Positions 1 to 53,537 of a stretch of DNA of 64,000 bases are shown here, one piece after another. The position numbers and the translations under genes were made by a program. Location of the stretch: positions 97,526,001 to 97,590,000 of the forward strand of contig OX597823.1 of assembly GCA_951406725.2 (NCBI GenBank), read 5' to 3'. Source of the stretch: Octopus vulgaris. Taxonomy: Eukaryota. Position 1 is the stretch's first letter; each line of letters opens with the position of its first letter. The notes under the pieces are model-generated. The model worked only from the letters and a program-made list of their open reading frames with translations, was not told the origin of the DNA and searched no databases.

Positions 1-55
1 GTAATCAATATTCTGCAGTAGTAATATTTTCCAGCAATTTCTTTGTTCTTTACAG

Positions 56-39431
<39,376 letters not shown>

Positions 39432-39562
39432 GAAAATTAAATTCAAAGATTCACATTTTACTACTGCTGAAAAGAAATAATTAACATCACTGTGCCAGAT
39501 TTTTCATTTGTATACCAACTTTGAAATTCGTTTTGCTGCACAAAGTCTGCATTATGCATAAA

Positions 39563-39612
<50 letters not shown>

Positions 39613-40013
39613 ATGTATGAGAGAGAGAGTGTGTGTGTATGTGTGTGCCTGTCTGTATACATAAACAATTGTATTCATGAACACACACATATAAATATAT
39701 ATATGTATATGTGTGTGTGTGTGTATATATATATATGTGTGTGTGTGCATATATATATATAGCTGCACACAAGTGCACATGTCAATTTTGAATTGGTTGA
39801 TATTATTGAAGGCATTCCTTTCCTTTGTGCTTTGATATTAAGCACAAGAGAAAGTTTTCAACATCTTAACTTATTGCTGAGAAAATCCATTAATCAAAGA
39901 TGTTATTTTTTAATTCACTATATTACATATGTAAGAGTTTATTTAATTACACACATATACACATGCACATACACACATACATGTGCATATACATACACAC
40001 AAACACACACACA

Positions 40014-40076
<63 letters not shown>

Positions 40077-40627
40077 TATAGAAATAAATCTACAAACAAA
40101 TGTATATAAATACATTTTATACATATACACTTATGACTAATGAAAATGTATATAAATAATATATGTGTATGTGCATGTATATATATATATATATATATAT
40201 AAGCTAAAAATGATAGATAGGATGGTCATAGGTGGAACCGCTCTTAATCATGACTATATGTCCATTCGTTCAGCTTTAGGCTACACAATAAGTATAACAC
40301 TAACACAAATATATACGCACAGAAACACTTTATAAATGGAACTTGTGTAAAACATGCACAATGATGGACTTTTATAGCTGATATTTTTTATTGAAGGGTT
40401 ACGTACCCAATAACAGGTGTATGATAAAAAGAACACATACATGATACAATGATAAGTATATATATGTATGTGCGTATGTGTGCGTGTATTTATGTATATG
40501 TATATTTATATATATATGTGTGTGTATGTATAGTTATACATACATATATAATATGTTTGTGGGTGTGTATGTCTATGTGTGCTGGTATTTATGTATGTAT
40601 ATGTATTTCTTTATACTTGTGTGTACA

Positions 40628-40672
<45 letters not shown>

Positions 40673-40687
40673 ATATGCATGTATGTA

Positions 40688-40736
<49 letters not shown>

Positions 40737-40779
40737 GTGTGTGCGTGTTCAATGAAAAAAGTAATAATAATAATAATAT

Positions 40780-40810
<31 letters not shown>

Positions 40811-41242
40811 AAGAAGAAGAATGATAATAATTATGATAATAATTATGATAATTTGGAATTGTTGTAATGTTACTATTATCCCAGTTCTAATGAGTGCCTT
40901 AGAAAGAGTGGTGAGAAATTTAAAACGGCTGGTTGAAGATGTTGGATATCAAGGTGTATCCCCTGGCTTGTTTGCCTGCCACAGCAAAAATCATAACAAA
41001 GGTGGCAGAAGGCAGCTTGATATTCAGCAATCCAATACCAGCAGAGCAACAACGAAATATTGAGTGAATGAAAACATTACTAACAATAATAATATTGTAT
41101 TTTTGAATACCCTGATTGGTGCAAGAATAATCAGGGAATTAGATCAGGTAAATGCTAATCATTAATGCTTTTCATATTTCAACTGCACCTTAAAACATAT
41201 TATATTTATAATATATACATACATATATACATACATATATAT

Positions 41243-41283
<41 letters not shown>

Positions 41284-44200
41284 GGTATGTAGAAAAATAC
41301 AACATGGACAAGAACGTATAACTCTTAGAAGACGACACAATATATATATATATATGTATGTATTTTGATATTCGATATTATGTTGTAAATAAATAGCATG
41401 TTGATAATATATTTACAAAATATATATAATTAATGTGTATGTGTTTGTTTGCACGTATGAGAATATATGCACCTCATAATTTACATGTGTATGTGTGTGT
41501 GTCTGTGTGTGTGTGCATGCCTGTATGTGTGTGTGTGTGAGAGAGAGTAGTTCTAGTTCTGATAAGAGGGGAAGTGAAAATAAAATTATACTCAAATATC
41601 CAGAAAAATAATGTCTTGAACAAAATGTCTTCCAATTACCACAAATATTCAATCTTATGTAAAGTAATTATTTTAATTAAATATAATTGTTTCTAAAAGA
41701 ATGTATTTATTATTATTTTCAATAACTATATCATCATCATCATTTTAACATCTGCTCTCCATGCTGGCATGGGTTAGATGGTTTGACTGGAGCTGACAAG
41801 ATGGAGAGCTGTACCAGTTTCTAGTCTGATTCCGCATGGTTTCTACAACTGGAAGCCAGTGGCGTGCGGTGACTTCCGGCGTTGGGCATGCAATGAATTT
41901 CATTGCCACCACCCCCACCGGCAATTTTTCAGTAAAACATTTTCGTATTCCTACGATTTACATATAAGAGATTCTGAAAATGCAATCACCCCCGTATGAC
42001 CTAAAATAAACAGGGAATAAAAAATGGCTGTGTAGAGATGAGCCTGAAGTAAGTGTATTGTTTGTATTATTCTTTGCTCTTCGAAACGTCAGTACTTTCC
42101 CATCCTCATTCTCCCTTAGAAAAGTCTAAAATCATAAGTGAAATGTAATAAAGATGAAATTGGATTCTGTCAATATTTTTGCATATTCAGAATCTCTATT
42201 AAAGGTAGGAATCCGAAAAAATTTTTCACAAAAATTCGTTTTTCAAAGAGGTGCGATTCTGCATTAGCCCCTATACCTATTGGTTGAGCCAAATCAATTT
42301 GAAATGATTTAATTAAAAGAACACATTTAGTTACATTATATGGCCATAGTTTTAGATCGTTACGCTCTCGAAGACAAGTCAGGTGCTTTATCATGCTACT
42401 TGTCAATTCAGGGAAAATTATTGACTGTTCTGAGACTTACTGAACTCCGTACATTAAAAGATTACGTCTCACGCACACACATTCATATACATGAATACAC
42501 ACACAATGAAAGACAGCGAAAATTCAACATTGTAAAAAGCCTCCCAAAACTGTTGTGGCAGAAGTCAACATCTCTGAGATTGAAACAAGACAATAATTGA
42601 AAGTGAAACAAGACACTTATTTACGGCAGTAAATAGACTACACCCAGCAGCACAGAAAGGGAAATCTATGTAGGTTAGGTTTGACGAAGAAATCGAAACA
42701 TTTCTCCTGCGAAACAATACTGATGTAAGAAGGTCGAACCTTACGTTATAACAAACACTAAGAAAAACCTGTAATATATGCTCTTTAATATATTAATTTT
42801 TTTAATGTTTTAAAATGTTATTTACCTCATTTATAAATTAATTCAATTCTTCGATCTTTCTGGGCAAATATATCTATCACATTTTCATAGAAATCTTCTC
42901 TTTTCATCAATTCTTATAATAAATCCTTTTTAATTGACATTAGTGCTAACCCAGACAGTCTTCTTTCTCCTGTCGCATTTCTTTGGTATGTTTTAATTCT
43001 ACTTAATGCAGAAAAGGATCGCTCTACAGAAGCAGTGCTAGACGGAATTGTCAAAATCAACTTGCACAGATTGAAGAGTTCTGGCATAGCTTCAACAAGA
43101 TCACTGCTGTTAATGTAACTAATTAAATGACTTACACTTGGTTTTTTTTAAATCTTTCATTGAATACATCACATTGAGCTCACTTTGTAATCGTATTACA
43201 TCAAAAAATCTGCCATAAGTTGTTCTTAAAGAATCTAAAGAGTCCACAGAAAATTGTTTGCAATACTCATCAACTTTGTTGAAATTCAAAAGTTCCATGA
43301 ATTTAAACTCTTCTAATGATGAATATCGTGCTTTTATTTGGTCAACTATTGTACTGATAATTTTGTTATAAAGCATTCTATAATGTCGTTGGGGCTCAAT
43401 AGATATATTCTTGGATCTCTGAATTCCGATTCCTGCATCGACTCCATATTTTTCCCCTAACCTATCATAAAAGATTGAAAAATTATCAAGTTTGTTTTCG
43501 AGTACAGTTCTAGTTTTATCTCTTTGCTCTTTACAATACACTATGTCATGACTTTTACTCTGGAGTATGTTAAATAAGACTTCAGTAAAAGGAAAAATGT
43601 CACTGAATACTTCTAACAAAAATAAGAAATCAGGAGCTTTTAAAGTGTGTAAGAATCCAATTGCTGAATTTATGGTGGTATCATCCCATGCTTCAGGATT
43701 TTCAATGATGTGTTCAAAAAGGCTGATTATGAAATTATAATTTTCCTTCGTGGTAATAATAAGACATGAGGGGTAATTCCATCTAGTTGCTGTTGTTTTC
43801 GGAAATCTTTTTTTAACAATGTTATCTAATGCATTAGCCCTTTTCGGTGATTTCGTAAAAAAAATGTACCGAGGCCGTTTACTGTAGAAAAAAATATCTT
43901 GCATTCTTTCATAGCAGAGCATGATTGTGAAAGAACAAAATTTAGGATATGGGCACAACAATGAATAAAGATCGCACATTCGTATTTCTTTCTTAGTTTT
44001 GCCTGTAACCCATTTAGTTGTCCTGCCATTGTAGCGGCACCTTCATATGTCTGTGCAATCAATTTGTTTCCACATTCTCACGTCTCAATGCATTTAAAAA
44101 CATGTTCAGACAAAGCATTTGCAGATCGATCTGCACTAACATCACTAAAACCGATAAATCGTTCTTTCGTCACACAGTCTTCTGTAACATAACGTAAAAC

Positions 44201-44987
44201 TGTCGACAGTTGTGAAGATGCTGAGACATCAGATGTCTCATCAACAAGAATAGAAACAAACTTAGCTTTCTCAATTTCCTTCTGCATCTCATTCAACGTA
44301 ACTTTATGAATTGCTTCGATCAAGTAATTTTGAATTCTGTTTGACAGACCGGTGAAGATAGAAGCTGTATTTTTTTTTTTTTTGTCATATTTACTGATCA
44401 AATATACGAGCTCTTTATAATTTCCACGATTATTAGAGTCTTCAGATTCAAAATGACCCCGAAACGATAATTCCTGGAGGCCTAAAAAAATAACAACATC
44501 GATCAACCATTGCAGAATGGATCTGTTTCATCTAACTTTCTCATTATGATATTGTATGCTTTGATTTTTACGTGCATCTAATTCTAAGTCTATGCGAACA
44601 TTTCCGAATATTTTAAGATCTATCAAACATTTTGTATGCCTTTGAGAACGCTCGTGCTTTAGCATAGCCATATGTAAATTATTTAAATCATCATAGCCTT
44701 TATCATTCTGTGGTGTATGCGAGGGATTCGAAATAAGGACACCTACCTTCTCTTCGCTCAGATGGAGACCCTTCAGCGGTAATGGATCCTTCAACACAGC
44801 CCGACCCGAACGATAGAGATAGCAGCTGCTTCTCCCAACCATAACAACATGCTGACCCGTCTTACTCGCTCAGCGGCCTCGATCGAAAAGCGGAATCCTG
44901 CCCTACCTGCGCGGGCGTCACTGCTGCCCCTTCCGGTCAGTTCCCCAGCTGCTGACGTCATCCCACACGCCACCCTGATCTTAAAGA

Positions 44988-47760
44988 TCACAATCTCTCT
45001 ACTCCATGCCGTAGTCCACCACCCAACCGGGAGGACGCCTTTGCGCGTCGAGATCTTCTCAAGCTAGGCACCTCGTTCTCCCACTCTCCACAATCGTCGT
45101 CCGTCGAAGCGACAATCCTGCGAAGGTCCAAGACGTGTCGTGGTATTCCACCCACGGAGACGTTGTTTCTGGAATTGACCACCGTCACCGTTCCTCTGCT
45201 CCATTGAGACGTACAGCGCGCCTTTGGTGGCTTAACCCAGACTTCCTCCCCTATTTTCACGCAAGCGGGTCCCTTCTCTTCCTCGTGGCCCTCCGGCGCT
45301 TTACTCGGGTGCCTCCATCCATATTTAAATACAGCTCTCTGCGGCACAGATTCTTCAGCTTGACCGGATCGGGGAGACAAGTTGTACCAAAAAACTGCTT
45401 CAAGCGGCGAAATGTGCCCTCTTTCCGCTATGGCCTTGACTGTCCGATGGTGCCTCTCTACGATCCCATTACTGCTCGGCCTATACGCTGCTCTGAACAA
45501 GCGACGTACCTTCCACCGGTCAAGCATATCCCTCAATGCTTCCGAACGAAACGCCACCCCGTTGTCCATTAGCAGTTCTTCCACGGGACCTCTCTCTAAA
45601 AATATCCCGTTCAAGATCTGCGCAATCTCGTCAGCAATGCCCGTTCTCAACTCCTCGAAATGGCCAGCCGGCCCGGCCCGCAGTCGACCATGGAGAGATA
45701 CATTCCTTGACGGTAGTGCGTCACATCCACAGCTAGCCTTTTCCAGTTGTGCTCCACCGAAAGATTTCCCTGACCATGCCCACATGGAGCAGGGTCAATG
45801 GACTGACACCTGTCGCAGCTCCCGACCACTTTCCGGATGCTTCTCCTAGTGACGTCAGCATCAATTTTCTTCGCCAGATACAAGGTCCTGTCCACACCCA
45901 AGTGATGCATAGCATGCAGTCTCTTCAGTTCAGAGTCATCCAACCGACACGCCGCAGCTATACCTTTCCGGGCCTCCTCCGGTTCCTCCAACCACGCCAT
46001 TTTCCCCCTGGTCATTGCGTTCGCCCTGTTTTTCTCCGAAGGCACGAAAACCACGTTCAACTTCAGTCCGAACTCAGCAATCAATTCTCCTAGAACTCCT
46101 CGACGGTGCTTCACCAACATCGCGGCACCTTTCGTCTGAACTCTCCTTTCACCGGTGATCACCGATCCTACCCAGCCAAGCACAGTGTCCGAATCCGTCC
46201 GGATTTCAATTGGGCGCAGCCCCCATTTCAGGGCCAAGTTCACCCCTTTCAGCACCGCCTCTAATTCGACAACATTGATGTGGTTGAAGTCATCTGCTTT
46301 CCGAAGCCAGGCCGCGTCCACCACCGCAGCGCCTTCGATTGCCAACACAACCCCTATCGCTATACTGCTAGCGTCACACCAAACGGTCTCGCATTCCGTC
46401 TTGGGCACGTACCAGTTCCCCCTGACCGGGTCTTCCGCTCTCGTCCTCTCTAGGATTTCCTGCATCATTCTCCCACCTTGTTGCCCCAACTCTCCCCCTC
46501 CGTTCGTCTCTTGGTGTAACTGCACGCCGTGCGCTGCTATCCAGCGATCGGGTAGTGACCGACCAACTTCCCACACACCGAGAACAGCTCTCTCCTGCTG
46601 ACGCTGGAACTCAGCTCTGGGATTTCATTCCCTCCCGGAACACCAACTCACCCGATCTATCTCTTCGCAGCTTCAGCCCCAGTGCGGCTCCCCCTACCAT
46701 CGACTCCGGTGGCTTTGCAATCAATCGTCAATGTAGGAACTGGTGGCCTTTCTAATCTTGCCGTCTTTCCCTAGGACGGACTTAAGCACTGCCGCCATGA
46801 TCTTCGGAGCGGAATTCAGCCCGAAACCCAGCCTGGTTAAACAGTACGTCCGGCCCTTGTACCGCACCAGCTGATATCGCCACAGTTTGTCGCTCACATG
46901 GAGCTACAAGTATGCCGATTTCAAGTCGACAATCGTCGCTGCCTTGGTCGACTGTCTCCACGCACGTAACGTCTCGCGACAAACGTCCGTCGCCTCACCT
47001 CCCGTGTGACACGATATATGCTGGTTTAGCTCCCTGAAGTCCAGCACCGGTCTGACTTTTCCCTTCGTAGGCTGCACCACCGCCATCAGGGGTAGCACTC
47101 CGCCCGCTACCTCCTCTTCCCAAGGGACATGGACCCCTTCCTCGATCCACCTCTCCACCTCGTCTTCAAACTCGACCCTGGCGTGGCCTTTCAGGGTATG
47201 CTGGTAGCAGCTCACTCTGTTCTTCAGCATCGGGGGCTCGTCCTTCCATCACTACTCTATCGTCCACCGTTGACCATCGAACGCCGCCTGAAAATCTTTG
47301 TCCTCGATAGTGTAAGCGGCGCAGTCCCTCGCGGGGCTCTGCTCTCTCTGGCGATCCTGACTCGCAGTGCACGACGCCCCCACGCTTCCGAACGTGACCT
47401 CATCTCCCACAATACTGATGCCACCGAGGCGGTTGATGGTGCCCATCCCCATCACCACATCAACCCCATCTATCACGCGTTCAGCCACAATTACTTGCAG
47501 CCTTAGCGTCGCGCCGCGCACCACTATCTCTACCTTGCTGCTGTCTCTGCAACGGATTTCGCTGCCGTCGACCGCCCGGACGCTACTTGCCCCGTTCCAT
47601 TTCTTCGTCACCCTTGAAGTCACAAGGGTGGTCGTGCAGCCCGTATCCACGAGGGCCTTGAACGTCTTCCCCTCGGCCTCCACATCAATTAATGGCAGCG
47701 TCTCCAGAAGCGCCTCTACTCGTTTTCAGGGAAAGTTCGAGAGGCAGCAACTTACCCGCG
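44988..47760 (-). pseudogene. Gypsy pol (PR-RT-RH-IN), disrupted
   Basis: Domains are split over several ORFs by stops, frameshifts and a deletion after YIDD. Confidence 0.9.
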
Positions 47761-47769
47761 GTCGTTTCC

Positions 47770-48549
47770 CTAGTCGCAATCACGGGCGATGTGCCCTGTC
47801 TGCCTACATCGATAGCAAACGGGCCCCGGTTGCGTACACTCCCACGCCATGTGCGGACCCTGACATCTAAAACACCGACCTGAGAACGGCCGCTGTCGTT
47901 GCATGGTAGGCTTCTTCACGTCTTTCTCCGGTCGTCGTCCGTCTTTACGCACCTCCGTCACCGCCATTGCTATCGCCTTCCACCCAGAGTGTCGCGTCAA
48001 CACGCGGGCTTGAGTCACAAGTTCGCTCAGCGCCATCTTTTTACTTCCGGGAAATTGTTGTAGGTGAATCTCTACATCGTCGGGGAACCCATTTACGAAC
48101 GCCAGTCGCGCTGCTCTCTCCAGCCCTTCTCCTGTAAACCCGGCCAGCGTCGCTAACCTTCGAACTTCTGCCGCATGTTCGTCCACCTGTCCTCCCATCC
48201 ATCTAATCGTACCCAGCTTAGCAAAAGCTTTGTATTCACACTCTGTGTAGGCATCCCTCAGACGTTGCTCTATCTTTTCCTCGCTCAGACGTTCTTCCTC
48301 ATCCATCTCAAGATATAGCGTCAACGCGCTCCCTTCCAAATACAGCGTCATAAGACTTGCCACATCGCTTATACCCAGCAGTCTTGCCACCAGCCTGATT
48401 TTACGAATCCAGGCCACTACATTGCCTTCACCATTAAAGGGTCTGATAATGTCGCTGGCGATCCTGATTTTCGCTGCCATCGTGGTGACGTCTTCTATGG
48501 AGCGCCGAAATAGCTTGTGGTGTATGCGAGAGATTGGAAATAAAGGCAC
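47770..48549 (-). CDS. Gypsy gag
   Basis: 259-aa ORF ending in CFRCQGPHMAWEC and CYRCRQTGHIARDC. Confidence 0.85.
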   Translation of the reverse strand: MPLFPISRIHHKLFRRSIEDVTTMAAKIRIASDIIRPFNGEGNVVAWIRKIRLVARLLGISDVASLMTLYLEGSALTLYLEMDEEERLSEEKIEQRLRDAYTECEYKAFAKLGTIRWMGGQVDEHAAEVRRLATLAGFTGEGLERAARLAFVNGFPDDVEIHLQQFPGSKKMALSELVTQARVLTRHSGWKAIAMAVTEVRKDGRRPEKDVKKPTMQRQRPFSGRCFRCQGPHMAWECTQPGPVCYRCRQTGHIARDCD

Positions 48550-49639
48550 CTACCTTCTCTTCGCTCAGATGGAGACCCTTCAGCGGTAATGGACCCTTCA
48601 ACACAGCCCGACCCGAACGCTAGAAATAGCAGCTGCTTCTCCCAACCATAACAACGTGCTGATCCGTCTTACCCGCTCAGCGACCGCGATCGAAAAGCGG
48701 AATCCTGCTCTACCTGCGCGCGCGTCACTGCTTCCCATTCCGGTCAGCCCCAAGTTCCGGTCAGCTCCCCAGCTGCTGACGTCATCCCAAACATTCCAAA
48801 CATTTTTCCCTCTAGCCATCATAAGCTAAATACTGCAAGGCAAATGGCATATACACCTCATAATTTGTATATATATGTATATATACAGGATAAATTGTCC
48901 AATGCTTTACCAATTTTGCTTATCCCCTATTGCATGTGCTTTGTTGTAATTTATGTCTGTTTTGTCCACACGGTTCTCACAAGTATATTTTGCATGTTTG
49001 TGTTTGTTACTATTTTATTTGTCCTACCATGTTGGGTTATGATCACAAGGTAAGTCATGTAAGTCATGAATACACACAATGAACGGAAGTGAATCCATCT
49101 CCTTCTCCTCTTCATCCTCATCACCAAATAAATGTCTTTTTTCCATGCTTGCATGTGTCAGATGGAATTTGTTAAAGGAGATTTTTTCATGGTTAGACGC
49201 CCTTCCTGTCACCAACCCTTACCTGTTTCCAAGCAAGGTAATATTTCCCCATGACCAGATACGTTGACACAGAAGTCTGGTTACGAAGGACATCATTTGT
49301 ACAATGGTGACACATGCTTACAACTGCCATGCAATGTCAAGGCATGTGACAATAATACACTCACATGTACATGCTTATATCTGTGTGTGTGTGTATGTGT
49401 GTGTGTGTACAGTGAACCTCTTTCAGTTTCCATCCACTAATCTACTCATGAAGCTTTGGTTGGTCCAGGGCTTTTGTAGGAGACACTTTCCCAAAGTGCC
49501 ATGTAGTTGGACTGAACTTGGGACCTTATGGTGGGAAGCAACTTCTTTCCACAGGCCAATGATAATTAACAATGTATTAATATAATGTATTCTAATTAAC
49601 TTTAGTTTCAGGCTGAAACTAGACAAAGAAAAATATATC

Positions 49640-49999
49640 CGATCATCTGATTCCTCCAGCCTCGTGGCAATGGGCCATTGTGTTCTTCCATCTTTCTCTG
49701 TCTTTAGCAAAAGGTGAAGCTTGAAACTATTTTGTGCCACAGTTGCACAGGTCCTCTTTTAAGATGGGTCTCCAGGTTTGGTTTGGTCTACCTCTTTACT
49801 CTTGTCATTTGACTGTGGCCATGCTGGAGCACTGCCTTTAGTCAAGCAAATCGATCCCAGGACTTATTATTTGTAAGCTTAGTACTTATTCTATCGGTTT
49901 CTTTTGCTGAACCACTAAGTTACAGGGACGTAATCACATCAGCATCGGTTGTCAAGCGATGCGGGGGGGGCAAACACAGACACACAAACGTATATATAT

Positions 50000-50044
<45 letters not shown>

Positions 50045-50390
50045 CGACGGGCTTCCTTCAGTTTCCGTCTACCAAATCCACTCACAAGGCTTTGGTCAGC
50101 CCGAAACTATAGTAAAACACACTTGCCCAAGTTGCCACGCAGTCGGACTGAACCCGGAACCATGTGGTTGGTAAGCAAGCTACTTGCCACCAGCTCATCA
50201 CCATGTCATTTCAATTCTTGCTGGGATATTTTCATCCATTCGTAGGGCATGATCTGCCAGCTACATTCGTCTGCCCTTGATGACAAGACTCAGGCATTGG
50301 TTCTTCGAAGCCTCTCCTCGTTTGTGATCTTGACTTGCTGTCTAATGCCTCTGTTAATTTTCCTCGCCATATCCTTTTTAAATGTTTCCT
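49640..50390 (-). mobile_element. Old RTE-like LINE 3' fragment interrupted by a SINE (49795-50190)
   Basis: KITNEERLRRTN … RGRPNQTWRPILKEDL … AKDRERWK. Confidence 0.6.
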
Positions 50391-51298
50391 TTCCCACAAC
50401 GAGGGGGCGGGGGGAAAGCAAAAGAAAATCTTCCTTGAATTACTGCACACTAAATCTCACGCACATGGGTGATTATTCTTTATATACTTTTCAAACAGAA
50501 GAAAACGTTGTCTTCGCTACTTGTAGCCAATAAAAGAAGATATAATTTTTTTTTAATCTCTCAAAGATATAAAAACTAATTTATTTGAATAAATTATACT
50601 CTCCCTATATTGCTTGACCATGAGTGTCAATATCTCGATCTTATCTATGAACTTAAAGATCTGTTAATTACTGCCGTTATTGAAGATTTTTTATGAAAAT
50701 ACATCTTTGTATGTTTATTCCGTTTAATCACTTCTTGAACTGAAGTTTGTTTTTTATTAAAATGCGAGAATTTTCAATTTATATCACTTCTCACACTTTT
50801 TAAAACATCGAGATATATGTCCAAACAACAGAGAAGAGTTATATTTCTTTGTATTTTGGATAAGAACAAAAATGCGTCGCGCCGTTGTGTATGAAGAGTG
50901 TCCTCCCTTGTTATGTGAATCTACAATTTACTGTATGATTCACTGATTTCTTTCGCTTCATTGTTGATATTGTTACTAGAGAAACGAAAAGGATGCTGAC
51001 TTAAGTCGAAACTCTGGGTTTAAAACTTACAATGAGTTACTATTCAAGATGCAATATTTTCTTATTGCTGTCACAGATTAACATCCATATTAAAATTTTG
51101 ATTAATTATAACAATTTATTGTAAACTTTAGAATGATTAATCGAAATCCCAAAGTGATATGTATCTGCAGGTCAGTTAACTAGAAAACTAGGAGTCAGAC
51201 TGGTTAGAATTTTGTCCACATACAGATGCAAGCATAGCTGCACAGTTAAGAAGCCCACTTCACAGCCATGCCTATGACTGCAATGTAGTACATCAATG

Positions 51299-52814
51299 GG
51301 ATCTTTTCGGTTTGAACGGCAGTTTTTCTAGCGGTGTCATATGAAATTGTCACCCATAATTATGACCCTAGTATCGATCTATTGCATTTCAATCTATTTT
51401 AGGGTTAGTTAGGGTTAGGGGTGGGGGAAGGGTATCTTTTTTTCTTCACAAATGTAAATAAGCCCAATCTGTTTCTTAAACGAGGGACATATTCATACGG
51501 CACAGAATGTTTTCACCTTAATAGACATCATTGATTGGTTGAAATTGCAGAAATTGAAGAAAAAAACAACAACAAATATCTTATAAACTATAGAATTTTC
51601 TCAATAAAGCCAAGCAAAAAAGATGTTTTATAAACACAGAAGCAGCATAGCCCGGCGTTGCCCGGGTATGTAAGTGCCCCTAGTTGGCAATGACTAATCC
51701 CAATCTAGTCCTTTCTCTCTAGGGAACGAAGGCGCATGTGTAGGTTGCAATGTCTTCTCTTCACTCCCAAATAACTATCAAACAGCTATCGATAATTCAA
51801 CCCAACCAATTCCTACCAGGAAGAAATTACATTCGAGACTTTACCCCCACCTTCTGCTAATAGCTGCTGCAGCCGCAAGTTATTCGAATACTTTTTTTGT
51901 TTAAACTTTCTTTATAACTACCACCCCAAACGTTTTACCTTAAATTTTTGACGTACCCTAAGGGTCCTCGGACGCTACTTGCAAACTCTTGGTTTATTAT
52001 AAACTGCTTTTGTCGTGTGCACCAAAAAACCTTTTCCATTCGTTTGTTCAGTTTGGTCACTTTTGACTTTATTGTTGTTGTCACTCACATTGCTGCCCGT
52101 GTTCCAGGAGTTAAAAAGGTCGAGTTGCGTCCCTTAGACAGTCTGTGGTTTGTGTTTAATACACAAATCGGTTTGCTATGTGTGCCACGTATGATTTAAT
52201 TAACCGATTTTTTTCCAGTAATAAAGTATCCTATTGGAATAAAAAGGGCCATATAGCTCCTTGGAGCAGACATGATGCTCGCTGTGAATTTTAAAAAAAT
52301 TCCTGCCAATTTGTGAAAGATATTGTCGAAAATATGTCATCTTGAATTTGAACGCGATTTCCCAAAATGGCATGAATTTATCGATTTTTTCTGATGGTAA
52401 GGTATTGCACGGAAAACTAACGTCAGAATTAAGTTTCTTAGGGTAACATTAAGCTTCACCATGAGTTTGGTGAAAATCGATTGCAGGTTGCGAAAACTAC
52501 AACAGAAAATGTGTTGCATATAAAGAGCTTAGATTCTCGACCCCAAGTCGAATTTATCGATTCTATTCAGAACTGGGGGAACTTTCCAAAATTCTCGCTG
52601 CGTTAGTTTTGAATTATGACATTGGGCTATGTGTGTGTCAAGTTTCATCAGAATCGGTTGAAAGCCGTGGTCAGGGTGAGGGTACAACCTGACAGACACA
52701 CAGACAGACAAACTGCCGTTTATATATAGAGAGATTCTACCAGTATACGAAGTTTAAAATTTTTTAGTTACCTAGAAATTAAATCAAAAACAGCCGTTCA
52801 AACCGAAAAGATCC
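51299..52814. mobile_element. MITE with GG-starting TIRs and 8-bp TSD CATCAATG (Merlin-like), containing a nested Helitron-like element
   Basis: ggatcttttcggtttgaacggc / gccgttcaaaccgaaaagatcc; TSD at 51291-51298 and 52815-52822. Confidence 0.8.
51641..52735 (-). mobile_element. Non-autonomous Helitron-like element
   Basis: Minus-strand 5' atctctctatatataaa; subterminal GC hairpin cccggcgttgcccggg at the 3' end. Confidence 0.65.
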
Positions 52815-53324
52815 CATCAATGTCTTCTATTGGATCCTAAGATTAATCAATAACAGAGGAACGGAATTCAGTTGAAAGCAGTCGAGTGTATTGTGTGTGT
52901 GAATGTTTACACCCAACAATGGAAGTAGGTTCTAAGAATTAGCTGCTTGCTAGGATCTTTGAGGTCGAGGTAAGGAAAGAATGTGGCTAGACACTATAAT
53001 ACCACCACCAATCCTGTAAGCTTAAAGTTACGGGAATGTCATTCCCCTGCATACCTTGCCATTTCCATCACTGTTTATCCCTGCCAATAAATAAAATGTT
53101 GTTTCTATCGTGTTTGAATAGCTTATTTACGTAAGCTATTCAAAAAATAAGAATAAAATACTAGATTATACAGTATAGGCGTAGGAGTAGCTGTGTAGTA
53201 AGCAGCTTGCTTACCAACCACATGGTTCCAGGTTCAGTCCCAGTGTGTGGCACCTTGGGCGTCTTCTATTATAGCCTTGGGCCAACCTTGTGAGTGGATT
53301 TGGTAGATGGAAACTGAAAGAAGC

Positions 53325-53367
<43 letters not shown>

Positions 53368-53487
53368 GGAGAGTTTACGAAAAAAAACAAAAGACAAAGA
53401 CAGGTGGTGTACAAAACAAACAGATGTATAACGCTCAGGAATAGAAAAAGTCTTTTACGTTTTGAGCCTATGCTCTTCTACAGAAAG

Positions 53488-53537
<50 letters not shown>

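Larger units (their letters stand above)
44709..48791 (-). mobile_element. Gypsy/Ty3 LTR retrotransposon, near full-length but mutated; LTRs 44709-44967 and 48516-48791; TSD CATTC
   Basis: Gag with CCHC-type knuckles (47770-48549), protease LVDTG, RT (RPVLDFRELN, DLKSAYL, YIDD followed by a deletion), RNase H (WCDAS), integrase (HHLG..CDRC, DNG, NGIVER) in gypsy order; TSD at 44704-44708 and 48792-48796. Confidence 0.95.
41857..48815 (-). mobile_element. hAT DNA transposon (ZMYM1/DUF4371-type transposase pseudogene, ~42827-44708, resuming briefly after 48796), interrupted by Gypsy
   Basis: LSFRGHFE..NRGNY, SILVDETSDVS, FIHCCAHILN, TTATRWN, TIPSSTASVERSFSAL; terminus cagtggcgtgcgg at 41857; KNVWN|DKGY is split by the insertion; other terminus not found. 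Confidence 0.88.

Noticed and set aside
42827-44708. Host ZMYM1-like gene
   Set aside because: Intronless, with frameshifts and stops, a transposon terminus and a Gypsy insertion: a dead hAT transposase
45135-47883. Plus-strand ORFs overlapping the Gypsy element
   Set aside because: Antisense shadows of GC-rich gag/pol sequence with no recognisable motifs
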